DNA of 48,848 nucleotides from Corallochytrium limacisporum Hawaii. Taxonomy: Eukaryota; Protista; Pluriformea. The translations under genes were made by a program, and so were the position numbers. The stretch spans positions 177,949 through 226,796 of the forward strand of contig PDIP01000020.1 in the NCBI GenBank assembly GCA_002811645.1, written 5' to 3'. Each line of letters begins with the position of its first letter. Position 1 is the first letter of the stretch. The notes under the pieces are model-generated. The model was given only the letters and a program-made list of their open reading frames with translations, did no database searches and was not told where the DNA came from. Below are positions 31,101 to 40,500 of the stretch, one piece after another.

Positions 31101-34100
31101 CAATGCGCTCCTTAGTGAGCAAGCAAAGATATCGCATCATAAATCGAGGATGTTGGGAACGGCTTGAGAACAAGCGAATGCAGACACTGGATCAGAGCCA
31201 CCAAAAAATTTTGATCAAGGCCATGCAGAACGAAAAACATAACAGACTTCAGCTACGGCAGAAGCTTATGGATTTTAAACGCTGGCTAATCACGAGGTGG
31301 TCACACATTGAAAAGGACCTGGACACTAGTATGAGCATCTGGCTGCAAACTGGAGGTCACATGTACGAGAAATGGCAACTTCTTAGCACAGAGGGTCCGG
31401 GACGACAGCGTATTCGTGTAATTCATCACAACGATTTCTTCAAGCACTTTCCTTGGAGACCAGAGTTTGTAAATGCTCCTCGGCAGCCCATTGCCGAGGA
31501 TTCGAAGAATTATTGGTTGAACGAACAGCACTCGGCTCGTCAGCGATTGAGCATCCTAGACCTTACAGATCTACAAATACCAGAGATAGAGGAGGACTAT
31601 CCCGAAGACAAGGAGAGTGATGGACTGCCAGTGGATGAAGATCTTGAAATGGCAGTCCCTGACTCCGCACTTGGAGTCCCCACAAACAGTGGTCTGGAGA
31701 TGAACACCAATGGTCCGGCAGGTCTTGGAGTGTCTACAGCACCCAGTCGTGTGCAGTTCCAGACATCAAGCTCGAATACCTTGGAGGTGAAATCAGAAGC
31801 AGCAGCAAGCCAAGGACCGGGTGAGCCGAAGGAAGCGGCAGATCAAAGAGGTGGACAGGAAGAAGATCGAGATGATGACAAAGACGATGACGGCGTTATG
31901 GTTGAAGCCGACGGAGACGTCAACGTTGAAAAGCTTGGAGAGATCCAGAGACTTCTCGAGCCTGGAGACTCACCCATTGTGTTCTACAACGGTGCACGGG
32001 GGAACGGATCTGAAACCGTAATTTGTGTCATTCTAATCTGCAAAAACAATTTGTATTTTGTCGACAACTATTGGGCAGAGGCCGGAGGTACGATCATCGA
32101 CTTGTTGACGTTCGACAAGTCGTCTGACCCATTAGTGGGTACCGAAATCGAACGTCGAACAGCAATGTACAGATCGGTGAATCCCCACGCGTCTCAAGGA
32201 CATGAATGTGTTATCCTGCCATACGGGGAGATTCGTGAACTGTTCTTGCGCCGATTCTTGCTGCAACAGAATTCGGTGGAGGTCTTCTCGTCCACCGGGC
32301 GCAACTATTTTATTGTTGTTCAGCCAACTGAGCGCGATGCTCTTGTTGCAAACCTGGCGAAGAGAATTGGGACTGTTCAACAGCAAGCTGTAAACGCTAA
32401 CACTGACAACAACAACGAGTTTGATGACATCAGTGGGGGTGTGCTCGCAAATGATGTTGCTTATTCGAGTATGTTCAGCAATGCACGGAGTGTGCAACAA
32501 CGATGGCTAGCCGGTGAGATTTCCAATTTCCGCTATCTAATGCATTTGAACACTTTGGCCGGCAGGACTTACAATGATTTCACGCAATATCCAGTATTTC
32601 CGTGGGTAGTCAACGAATTTGACACTCCGGAACTTGATGTTACTGACCGTTCTGTTTTCCGTGACCTCCGTGCACCTATGGGTGCCCAATCTGATGCCCG
32701 CGCGGCCCAGTTCAAGGAGAGATTCGAGTTGTGGGAAGATCCAGAAGGCAAGATTCCCCCATTCCACTACGGCACTCACTATTCTTCAGCAATGATTGTG
32801 AGTTCGTATCTCATCCGCACAGAACCGTTCAGCCACCAATTTGTTCGCTTGCAAGGTGGTCTCTTTGATCATCCTGACCGTCTTTTTCACTCCATAAAGG
32901 GAGCGTGGATGTCAGCAAGTCAAATGAGCACTACGGACGTGAGAGAGCTGACACCAGAGTTCTTCTACTTCCCTGACTTCCTCATAAACAAAAACCGGCT
33001 AGTCTTTGGTGCAAAGCAGGCGAATGGGGAGGTCATTGATGATGTTGTTCTCCCGACATGGGCTCACGGAGACCAGCGCTACTTTGTGCTGAAGCATCGT
33101 CAAGCTCTGGAATCGAAGGAGGTATCACGTAATATTCATCATTGGATCGACTTGATTTTTGGATACAAGCAGAGAGGAGAGCCGGCAGCAAAGGCTCTTA
33201 ACGTGTTCCACCATTTAAGTTACGAGGGTTCCGCAGACGTACATGATCTTGACGATCCAGTGGAGCGTGAAGCAACTATTGGCATTATCAACAACTTTGG
33301 CCAAACACCCCGGCAGCTATTTAAGAAAGCCCATCCACAGCGCAAGTCCGTTGGTGACCATGTCACTGGCACTGTGTTCCAGTATCCTCATTTGCTGGTC
33401 TTGTCACAGCCGACTATGCCCTCCTCATTAGGGCCACACCATGGCAACACAATTGGACACATCGGATTCCGTGGTTCTGGTCATGTTCCTGTGGTTCAGC
33501 CACCGGATCACGTAAACATCAACACAATCTCGCCGCGTATTCTCAGCTGGCGCCATGCAGATGGCAGTGTTCGCTTGTGGTCAACGGAGGGTAATCGTCT
33601 GCTCCACTCGGCAGAAGGCTTGCACGCTGGCCAAGTGCTGTCACTGGCTGTTGTGCGTGGCAGCAAAGTAGTAACAGGTGGTGCAGACTCTCTTGTCAGC
33701 GTGTGGCACTTGCGAACCGGCCAGACAATCGCGTGGAGTCACAAGAAAACCCTGTATGGCCACACAGCTCCTGTAATCAGTCTGACAGCATCGAGCGAAT
33801 GGAGCATCATTTGCTCTGGTAGTGAAGATAAGAGTGTATTGGTCTGGGACTTAAATTCCTTGGATCTTGTCTCCACTCTGAAAGGTCATGAAGATGATGT
33901 CACTCATGTCCATGTGTCCAAGGAAACTGGAGATATTTTTACTGTAAGTGACTCTATGGTGCGTATGTGGGACATTAATGGCAACTTGATGTGCTTCGTT
34001 GACACGCAGCACAGAGTGCTGAGCATGACAATGACAACAGGTCCTGCATGGGAAATGAGAGATGTTCTGGTGACTGGTCACAGCAAGGGGCTGCTTCAGT

Positions 34101-35212
34101 TTTGGACATGCCGCTTTGGTCCTGAGGATCCCGAAAGGTCCAAACAGGAGTTGAACACTCGAGGCTCTCAGATTCAGTTGTTCCAGGATGATCCGTCAGA
34201 TCCTCTTATTCAGGAATCTCCAGACAACACTCCTCACCAAAGTCAGCAATCTCTTTCTGAAGAGGAAGTGGCCCAGCGCTCACTGAAAGAGATTCATGAA
34301 CAGGAGACTACACCGTGGGATGGTCACACAGGGGATAGTTCGGACACTCTACCGGTAACAGCAGACGAAGAAATCCCGGAACGCCTGCCGACCCCACGAG
34401 TAAAGGTGAAGATTCCAAGTGGCAGCCTGGTGCGCAGTTATGAGGACCTCAGCAACATGCTTGCTGAGAGCTTCAATCAGGATGATGAGGAAAAGAATGT
34501 TGACGTCATTCACAAGGCATGGAATTGGCATTTCATTCTCCGTGCTCAGCACCAGACGGCCGGAAAGAGTGTCACAGCGATTGCTATCACGCCAGACAAT
34601 AAGCGCTTGTACTTTGGAGACGAATGTGGTCGCATGTTCTCCCTTAGTCCTGCAGATGCCAGTATCGTAGCAGATCCAACACTCAGTGTGCCGGAACTGT
34701 GGCGTGAGTGTCATTGTTGTAAATCTGATCTGCATGAAGACGAACTGCGCGTATGCCGAAGGTGTGGACACGTATTTTGTGGTGAGTGTTGCCACCGTAG
34801 GGTGCCTGTGGAATGGGGCAAGAACTATCGCGAAGTGATTGTATGTGACCATTGCCGTCTGGAGGTTGCAAACCGTGCTCGGGACCAAGTACACCGAAAG
34901 AATCTTGCGTCCGGTCGGGTGGCTCCACTAGAGACGGAGCATCTCGAGTTCATCTCCGAGCCGAAGAATGATAGAGAGCGCAGCAGCTTCCGTTTGGTAA
35001 CGCCTTTGTCTATTTCCAACAGTCCAGAGAGGGTCTTGTATCCAGTAACTTCCCCCCGTGGCGTATCAGGATCTCCTTCCCAGCGAAGAAACGACGCGGT
35101 AGCTATGGGCAGTCCTGTTCAGCACGGATCACGAGTCACTCCCATAAGAAGGGCATCCTCAACCCGCGCCCGACCTGTTCGTCGAGTCTCCAACTTGGTA
35201 CCGCAACAGTAG
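25115..35212 (+). CDS. WDFY3: WDFY3/ALFY-like giant BEACH protein (ARM-like, ConA-like, PH, BEACH, WD40, FYVE-like; 3365 aa)
   Basis: EGPGRQR; RRFLLQQNSVEVFS; QRWLAGEISNFRYLMHLNTLAGRTYNDFTQYPVFPW; HYGTHYSSAMIVSSYL; DVRELTPEFFY; WIDLIFGYKQ; INNFGQTPRQLF; WD40 repeats; C-terminal 8-Cys FYVE-like finger. Confidence 0.9.
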   Translation: MSRGNTSWTVLKRRFGQYATLQDDDARDQNLDECLACFYELNITPKEPVETLEERFPDVRVFLFHLSRRFCREVKQRAERKSRSVAAATLLEFFKGQNPADPVGALLLAILEYISEQTETLLEPVIRASLPCTLVKCIQLFLDTPEESTVYNADLAARILDLLRQISKTKGVFELLAQSDDLELLYNAAASIPPQHNRVWRTVAQDTMLAMARRFEKSDFISYLRSTEYVNQSLVEIIPSEVNVTSAVNIITNLTAVLRVLSDADTSLIQDFDDSNGYEVLVAYILREDEAAANEQRAVLNDALKCITILFDHLLLGTEEINPNILDDMVGYRITGGDSGPVQADDERDFRVSNLRPLNRLVDLFDQLKTGDLRGMFLDSMMNVCSMYAENFVIIHSQRSLDVFLAGFETNTPEIRMRLLKLFEFVICSVGFVPLQCVLFLKDKYVSIPSDEISLEISSLFHKMIKFDDRMVDVLDKVDLPSSLMLRLRDEAQAGRPTLSSLILRDFLSLLSEILKVSTGVALVFFEDIAPRVLEFVYVDDLYPQIMYIVQTGLRNIQKIGVPLTRTIFELLNSIPLTQVDILLRLMRDLTRFALQNDQIKSYFRDSGTFTFSNGVLGNFSGRVARSVTFDLANAEEFVCLLIDFQATISYNNQANRAVFIRQYCYGPALPSNMQTMDIIGSEKVYNKLFQAAQGVIAGDRINFRRPDNGLIPSARHEMLPIPEIMSAVLQIAFRDSRERRLSIFDRILELVQRKDIPSYQQKRLVEVLSQTRFLKLLLISLEYSDIADEQLMDRSLQLIKILGRCRILASELKVLLKIYHSATSDVLRKDLLRVLSDLTPDPDYGDINPPDCLELDGSKLGYAGIILPVLQEQQFGMPFSASLWFQMAQNDPNSDGNGMVPLFRVVDLHHVLGSKARIDASNGTVFGCGIDARTGRLIVSFADGTGHLFTFSFNTGQWYNLTITVAHLKADIKKAVCQVAVDGMHLEAYKFRSASMQVSAISESQCYSSLVLGSLPNDLAARSVFIVRFSNFFMWDCVLSHTAPGLIFNAGINYNGSFSDRLKSFQTYEILTPEAISQLNGDFSNLGSLDLGKSRSQLPAMGRQICGLPCNDLMPMMLGNIDSRSLSVVKSLVRMIPCTDNRLPFYGTSNVIAKKPGKLSQMAFLIGGASAYAHQRIPESIHIVGGMALVLKMVADTDSSEELELMCAFLTKCVRYCAVNTREMERTVGWHILSLILANKYSLVTENVVDHLFRISGSQSNPKLAVLCNSFSLLSVWFKFDTWKHCTLTVQKRITHHLLAIFEISDLRKFNIWRVQSQRFPFMERVLEAICSAAIKDEVRQDLVRLLFIFTCEINRCAAADCGKLRTFLLSTIADVKGNESCSTSNTEIRDSFAPGSDRAIAIRNDILEGLWSLTRTHSVAVTELLTTRIGINVFQILMHPGCNEYTQDLCLQIILRWHQVGDVHRIEGVDAKYQVLMKVSNCLTSGHIGSRPVQLLFAAALGVDLKTFSYSTSDDFDLVIGHIIESGLSGENRMRLQPACLHILVEVAISLACQGDQIPMINAIMKGLTAVIKNDVSFRTCLLQYSSIDRMFLCMYNGHDIVNETADLHRGSYKPPLAKLSLLYKDLQIARHGHDQANDAASKKGLSGFLSRMIQNADSPSVRMELERSKQSTVFDEPADIADWEIVDYKDETEPNEFETVGQSSQQFVSADIVEVMKPFLQLLFSLELHAVSTSTPVFVFYAVETPATTLETPQRTMSARLWETLWPIVTTESVNAVEQATSRTLHEVTDKVLHSIIRFWEPAITGYMAVTALDVTNAFLMIIRVLIRRNVAIDGKYLSSKIPYLRKFTYGLLSQVSVDLLEGLTTATEFARLLMSNQDVFFAESNKSEHFYPLVLRQLFKSMNSTNVTERNFATEALIGLVRMQSNRVRTLLIEGEYNLYNNGLDLIIRKDQKVFLQWWKEHSLTVLAYMENRILKESEDIVNRVMIEATQTMRSLVSKQRYRIINRGCWERLENKRMQTLDQSHQKILIKAMQNEKHNRLQLRQKLMDFKRWLITRWSHIEKDLDTSMSIWLQTGGHMYEKWQLLSTEGPGRQRIRVIHHNDFFKHFPWRPEFVNAPRQPIAEDSKNYWLNEQHSARQRLSILDLTDLQIPEIEEDYPEDKESDGLPVDEDLEMAVPDSALGVPTNSGLEMNTNGPAGLGVSTAPSRVQFQTSSSNTLEVKSEAAASQGPGEPKEAADQRGGQEEDRDDDKDDDGVMVEADGDVNVEKLGEIQRLLEPGDSPIVFYNGARGNGSETVICVILICKNNLYFVDNYWAEAGGTIIDLLTFDKSSDPLVGTEIERRTAMYRSVNPHASQGHECVILPYGEIRELFLRRFLLQQNSVEVFSSTGRNYFIVVQPTERDALVANLAKRIGTVQQQAVNANTDNNNEFDDISGGVLANDVAYSSMFSNARSVQQRWLAGEISNFRYLMHLNTLAGRTYNDFTQYPVFPWVVNEFDTPELDVTDRSVFRDLRAPMGAQSDARAAQFKERFELWEDPEGKIPPFHYGTHYSSAMIVSSYLIRTEPFSHQFVRLQGGLFDHPDRLFHSIKGAWMSASQMSTTDVRELTPEFFYFPDFLINKNRLVFGAKQANGEVIDDVVLPTWAHGDQRYFVLKHRQALESKEVSRNIHHWIDLIFGYKQRGEPAAKALNVFHHLSYEGSADVHDLDDPVEREATIGIINNFGQTPRQLFKKAHPQRKSVGDHVTGTVFQYPHLLVLSQPTMPSSLGPHHGNTIGHIGFRGSGHVPVVQPPDHVNINTISPRILSWRHADGSVRLWSTEGNRLLHSAEGLHAGQVLSLAVVRGSKVVTGGADSLVSVWHLRTGQTIAWSHKKTLYGHTAPVISLTASSEWSIICSGSEDKSVLVWDLNSLDLVSTLKGHEDDVTHVHVSKETGDIFTVSDSMVRMWDINGNLMCFVDTQHRVLSMTMTTGPAWEMRDVLVTGHSKGLLQFWTCRFGPEDPERSKQELNTRGSQIQLFQDDPSDPLIQESPDNTPHQSQQSLSEEEVAQRSLKEIHEQETTPWDGHTGDSSDTLPVTADEEIPERLPTPRVKVKIPSGSLVRSYEDLSNMLAESFNQDDEEKNVDVIHKAWNWHFILRAQHQTAGKSVTAIAITPDNKRLYFGDECGRMFSLSPADASIVADPTLSVPELWRECHCCKSDLHEDELRVCRRCGHVFCGECCHRRVPVEWGKNYREVIVCDHCRLEVANRARDQVHRKNLASGRVAPLETEHLEFISEPKNDRERSSFRLVTPLSISNSPERVLYPVTSPRGVSGSPSQRRNDAVAMGSPVQHGSRVTPIRRASSTRARPVRRVSNLVPQQ

Positions 35213-35302
35213 TGGAAGATACACAATTCGTAGAGATTAAATTCACTACAAGTGATTCATAATGATGAATGGTTTCCTTCTTGTGCAGAAGCATACTAAA
35301 CC

Positions 35303-36610
35303 TCACGGAGACATGGTGAGCAAAGTTTGAACAGAATCGTTTGGCTGTGGCAGGCCCTGTGAGAGTGTCGCATAAGAAGATACGGAACGAGTTGAGTATA
35401 CAGCAGGCCGTTTGACCGTGGTGCTGGGAGGTGGCGAGTACTTTGGCCGTGCAAGCTCAGTGAGCCGTTCATTTTCGAGCGGTTTCTTCGTGGGTAAGGA
35501 CGGTTTGTGACTTTTGCGAATCTGTTCGGCGTGGTGGTCGAAGCATCGATTAAGGTGTTCGGTGTGATCACAAGTTTCGTCATCACAGACCCACACTTCA
35601 GGGCGTTGGAACACGCTGATTGCTTTGTCTATGCTATCGACTTGCCTATTCAGATCATGACGGTGTTTCTTGGCCGAATGACTATCGGCCCCAATCTTGA
35701 GGCGACCAACCTGCCCCAACAAGTCGTCCCTTTCTGTTACGAGTACCTCCAGCAACTCTTGTTTTTCGTTGTTAGGTAGTTTGCGCATAGTCCGACCATA
35801 GGGTCGACGATCCCTATTGTCTTTGAGGCGCCGCTCCTCTTCATAAGCCAATTCCTGTTTTCGTCGCACCAAATACTTTGGAATCGTACCGGGAATATGT
35901 GTTGCCTCCTGCTTTCCTGTGGCCTTGGAATAGGGATTGGGATTCTTGGCATCAGAATCGCGGCAAAATTGTGCTTGTCGCTTCGCACGAAGGTTTTCCT
36001 TCACAAAATCCCGGCTTTGACCACCCACACCTCCGTAGACATGTGTACCCTTTGGTGGAGACGGCTTGCTTGGTTGTCTCGGTTGGTACCCAGACAAATC
36101 ATAAGGTACCAGCGGCGCCGTCTTTGATTTGCTCAACAGAAGCTCCTTGGGAGCAGAAGCTAGCGTCGGAGGCAACGACGCTCTTTCTCGCAGCCTCCGA
36201 ATTGTGGACACAGCTTTTTCTCGGCGAAACTTGGCGAGCTGCCAAAGTGGCTGATTCTTCTCCTCGTCTTCAGCCGCCTTCTTCACATCTTCCTGGGCTT
36301 TCTTATAGGCTTCCATATCAGCAATATAGCGCTTATTGTCTTTGAAGAAATTCCGCTGTAATTGTCTCCGGGGTGCCTGTTTCCCATTTGCCGGCGATCC
36401 GGGGGCAGCTACACTTAGAGGTCGACGAGGTGTGCCATTACTGAATCCACCAAATGCGAGGTGAGCAACGTGGTCCTTGTTGGCCTGAGTTGCATATTTT
36501 CCTTTTCCACGTCCGGTATTCAATCTGCTTGGATCTGACAGGAATTGTTGCTGCTGTTGTTCCTCCGATGAGGATGTTTTCTGTGAGGTTTCTGAACGTG
36601 CACTGTACAT
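35303..36610 (-). CDS. Enkurin-domain protein (ENKD1-like, 435 aa)
   Basis: DFVKEN; HIPGTIPKYLVRRK; MRKLPNNEKQELLEVL...L.IGADS.SAKKHR.DL......IDKAISVFQRPEVWV. Confidence 0.8.
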   Translation of the reverse strand: MYSARSETSQKTSSSEEQQQQQFLSDPSRLNTGRGKGKYATQANKDHVAHLAFGGFSNGTPRRPLSVAAPGSPANGKQAPRRQLQRNFFKDNKRYIADMEAYKKAQEDVKKAAEDEEKNQPLWQLAKFRREKAVSTIRRLRERASLPPTLASAPKELLLSKSKTAPLVPYDLSGYQPRQPSKPSPPKGTHVYGGVGGQSRDFVKENLRAKRQAQFCRDSDAKNPNPYSKATGKQEATHIPGTIPKYLVRRKQELAYEEERRLKDNRDRRPYGRTMRKLPNNEKQELLEVLVTERDDLLGQVGRLKIGADSHSAKKHRHDLNRQVDSIDKAISVFQRPEVWVCDDETCDHTEHLNRCFDHHAEQIRKSHKPSLPTKKPLENERLTELARPKYSPPPSTTVKRPAVYSTRSVSSYATLSQGLPQPNDSVQTLLTMSP

Positions 36611-37559
36611 ATTTTGTTCTCCTCATTGACCTGAACACAGATCTTCGCGTCACTGTCTTTTACATTGTAACTTCTCTGAAGGCCCTCTATATTCGAAAAA
36701 ACTCGGATCCATTTAGCAAAGGTGGATCTTCCTCAAAATCTAGCGATAGATTGGTGTTGTGCTGTACTGCTGCAAAGTATGAGGGAGTCCCCATCACTCT
36801 AGTACCAGTACTGACCAAGTCTCCCGGACCGATGGAAGGGAATGCCGTCGCCACTCGTAAACCGGCAAATACTTCCCGTATCCTCGGTTTCCCGCGTAAT
36901 CCACTCCTAAATACTGAATGTGCCGACAATCTGCTTCACAGCAAACTAGCAGCCAGAGGCTGTTCCCAAGTTCAACAACCGCTGAAGGTAGTGATTTCGA
37001 AGACGTACAATGGTCAAGTATCAAATCTCCCACTTTGAAACAGTAAGACTTTCGGACCAATCAGCACCTGTGAAACCGGCACTGCAAAGAAACCTCAGGT
37101 TGGCGGGGAGAAACGAGAGAGGGAAGACGGGCAGTGGGATCGAGTTTGTTGGTAACCAGCCGCCTCCCTTTTCCCCTCGCCCGCAGGCGGTCTCCCATGG
37201 GTGGGCGGAAGAGTGTAACTATACGAAAAGTAAGAACATTCACTATGAAGGCGGAACTGCTTGGATACGGAAGTTGGCACCAACGGAGACCATTCACTAC
37301 GGTTTGCTGGGTGTTCCGTGTAACTTGGGGAGGGGCATTAGGTGCATTGTTTAGATCTGTAGCGCTGCCAGTTTTTTATTCGTCCTCGTTTCCGGTTGTT
37401 CGTCTGTACCCTGTCCCGAACATGGTATTTGTAGGGTACTTCTGCTCCTGTCAATGTTGATCAGAGTGACTGCCACTCCGTATGAGCGGGGACACTATCG
37501 ATCAGTGCAGTGCATGGCAGAAGTAGGTAACTTTAGTAAGGAAAAACATTACATTAAGT

Positions 37560-40500
37560 ATGGAATGGCAGGAGAATCTTGACTCCATTATGCTGGAGTT
37601 GAATGCAAAGCAACAGGCCCCACGGGGTCCTCCTCAGAAACCTGACGCGACACCAACAATGAGGCGGAATACCGGGTCCGAACCACGAGAACACACTACA
37701 ACCCCACCGGGAAAGAAGGCGCCTGCGCTGAGAAGATTCAATACCCTCCGGAAGCGCATGAGCACGAAAGGTGGACACAGTCGACATGCAGCAGCAGCAG
37801 CCATTGCAGCGGCTAAAATGAAACCAGAGCTGGTAAAGAAATCTCCAACCATTAGCAAGCGCAATCAGGCACAGATGTCTCAAAAGACAACAGATTTGAG
37901 CCTCCGCATCACACATTCGACACAAGGATATGTGTTGGACCTCCATGACATCATCAACATTGAGTCGGTTTTGAACTACTACGAGACGGCCCCCTCGTGG
38001 ATGCAGAACCGAGTACCGAAAACCGACGACGACACTGTGGTTTCCGTCTATGACCGCATTCTGGGAGATATCAATCAGGATATTGCTGAAATGGACTGGG
38101 ACAAACCGAGCGTCCCAGAAGGCGACTATTATCGATCACTTCCTATGCGAGATGGTCCTGCGTCAGAAATGGGAAGCACAGGAAATTTACACGACATGAA
38201 GACAAGCAATGCATCACTGGTTTCTGGCAGTAGTGGAACGGAGGAATCTCTGTACGCGACTACCGATGAGTTAACGAGAAAGATCATGTGGGTCGAAGAC
38301 CCCGATACCGGAGAAAAGAAACGAATGTATGCTTTAAAGACTGCAGATGGAAACTTGAAAATCATCAGCGACATTGAACCCGGCATTGATCACGATAACC
38401 CATTCAATCTCAATGCCACTGATAACGGTCTTATTAGGCGCAAGAGTTCCCGGGGAAGGCCTGTCATTGCTGGTGCTCTGCGTTGCAAGAGTATGGGATC
38501 AAACATGGATCTTGACACTGTTCCTGACGAGGGCAACATGGCACCTACCGATCCGGAGGAGCAGATTGTGCTTGTGATCGAGACCTTTGACAGAGCTCAG
38601 AGAAAGAGTATTTCTTGTAAAGTGGGATGGTACGGCGAGGAATTGATCACCAAAGTACAGCAAAAGTTTGATTGCCCTGGGAATTTCCCGTATCTTGGTC
38701 TCGGATTCTACCGCCCTGATGGTGCTTTTGATCGTTGGTTGGATATGGAGACTACTCTTGGACAGCAGAGGGTGCGTGATCGAGCTACGCTGACTTTGAT
38801 GATGCGCTACTGGAGATGGCCAAAAAATCTGGGAACCAATGATCAGATTGTCGACATCATGTTTGGGCAGGCCACTCGCATGATTATTGCGGGATTGTGG
38901 CCTGTTCCTGAAAGTGTCGCAGTCCGTCTGGCTGGTTTGTATATGCAAGCTCTGTTAGGTGACCACGATCCGTCAAAGCATGGTGTCGCTCAATTGAGCC
39001 TTAACGACATTGAAGGCTGCATTCCGCATCCCCTTGTGCCGCGATACAAAGAACATTATTGGCTAAAGCGTCTGGTGGCCAACCATATGCGACACAGGCG
39101 AATGAGTGCGACTGAAGCGGCCATGAAATACCTCACCGTAGCAAGAAGCTCTTTACCCACCTGGGGTACAACGATATATCAAGTGACCTGCGGAGGTTCT
39201 GATTCCATTATTGGCGTGGGTGAGGATGGCTTGATTATCGGACATACATCCATCGAGGACAGCCGTCCTGGACACTTTCGCTTGCTAGCTTATGGCCGCA
39301 TCGAGGAAGTGCGTGCAAATGACCATGGTTTTGAGATTCAGCTGAAAAAAACTTTCTCGAATGAGCTGAAAATCCTCAAATTCGACTGTGAGCATAAGAC
39401 AACGCTCACCCTCATCGAGGAAGTGCAGGACTATTATGCTTTACATCAAGTTGAGCAGAACCCAGGCACGGTGACCGAAGATGACTTTCCGCATACATCT
39501 GGCATTGCTCCGCTGTCATCTTTTGACACGGAGAACCCTCTGGAACGAATCATCTGCGATCCCATGGTATCTCAATACGACAAATTCAAGGTGGAATATT
39601 TGGAGGAGCTTCGAGGTCGCGAACCGCATTATCCAGCTGTGATTTTGATTGACAGTGCCATCGACCGCGGGTCCGACTTCCACACGGCGAACCTCGGTGG
39701 AATTTTCTATGAGGAAGCCCAGTTTGCTCCACTACTGGCAGCGCTGCGAAAAACTTGGTCTTACGCACCGGAGGAAGGGTTTGATGGTGATCCGAACAAG
39801 CCGCAGTACATCAGAAACATGAGCTTCCAACGCATTGTCTTGCAACATAATGTGAAGACTGGTACGGCCCTTCTGTCGCCATTGGCGACCATGATCTCCA
39901 GCCGCAACCCCATTGCTGAGATCATCCTCACAAACTGTGGTTTGCAGGAGAAGGATGCAAGGGCGTTGGGAATTCTTGTGGAAGGTAGTCATCGTCTTCG
40001 CTCTCTGCATGTGAATGATAATAACATCGGTGTCAAGGGGTGCAAGGCCGTACTAGAGTCTCTGAAGGCCAATCCTAATTTGACTGCACTGAATCTGTCC
40101 AATACGGGAGCTTCCAATGCAGTGCTGGATGCATACCGTAAGATGATAAAGGCTGGGGAGACGTGCAGTCTCTCCAAACTGCTACTCAATGGCAATAAGG
40201 GAATCGGTGACTCGGGCCTAGAAGCAATTGCCTCCGTGCTGTCATCCCCAGGCTGTCGCTTGCACACCCTGGCCGTAAGCAATACTGCCATAACCGCTCA
40301 CAGCGCGAAGATCTTTCTTGATGCCATGTTGCAAGCCGGCAAGATTCGCTCTCTGGAGATGGCCAGCACAAAACTGAGCACACGTACTGCAGAGAAGCTA
40401 GCCAACGTCCTCCAAATGCAGATCGACACTACGGCCGGTTGCAGAAAGAGCAATCTTGAGCTGGCGACACTATCAGAGGAAACTATTAAGCCTAGCACTA

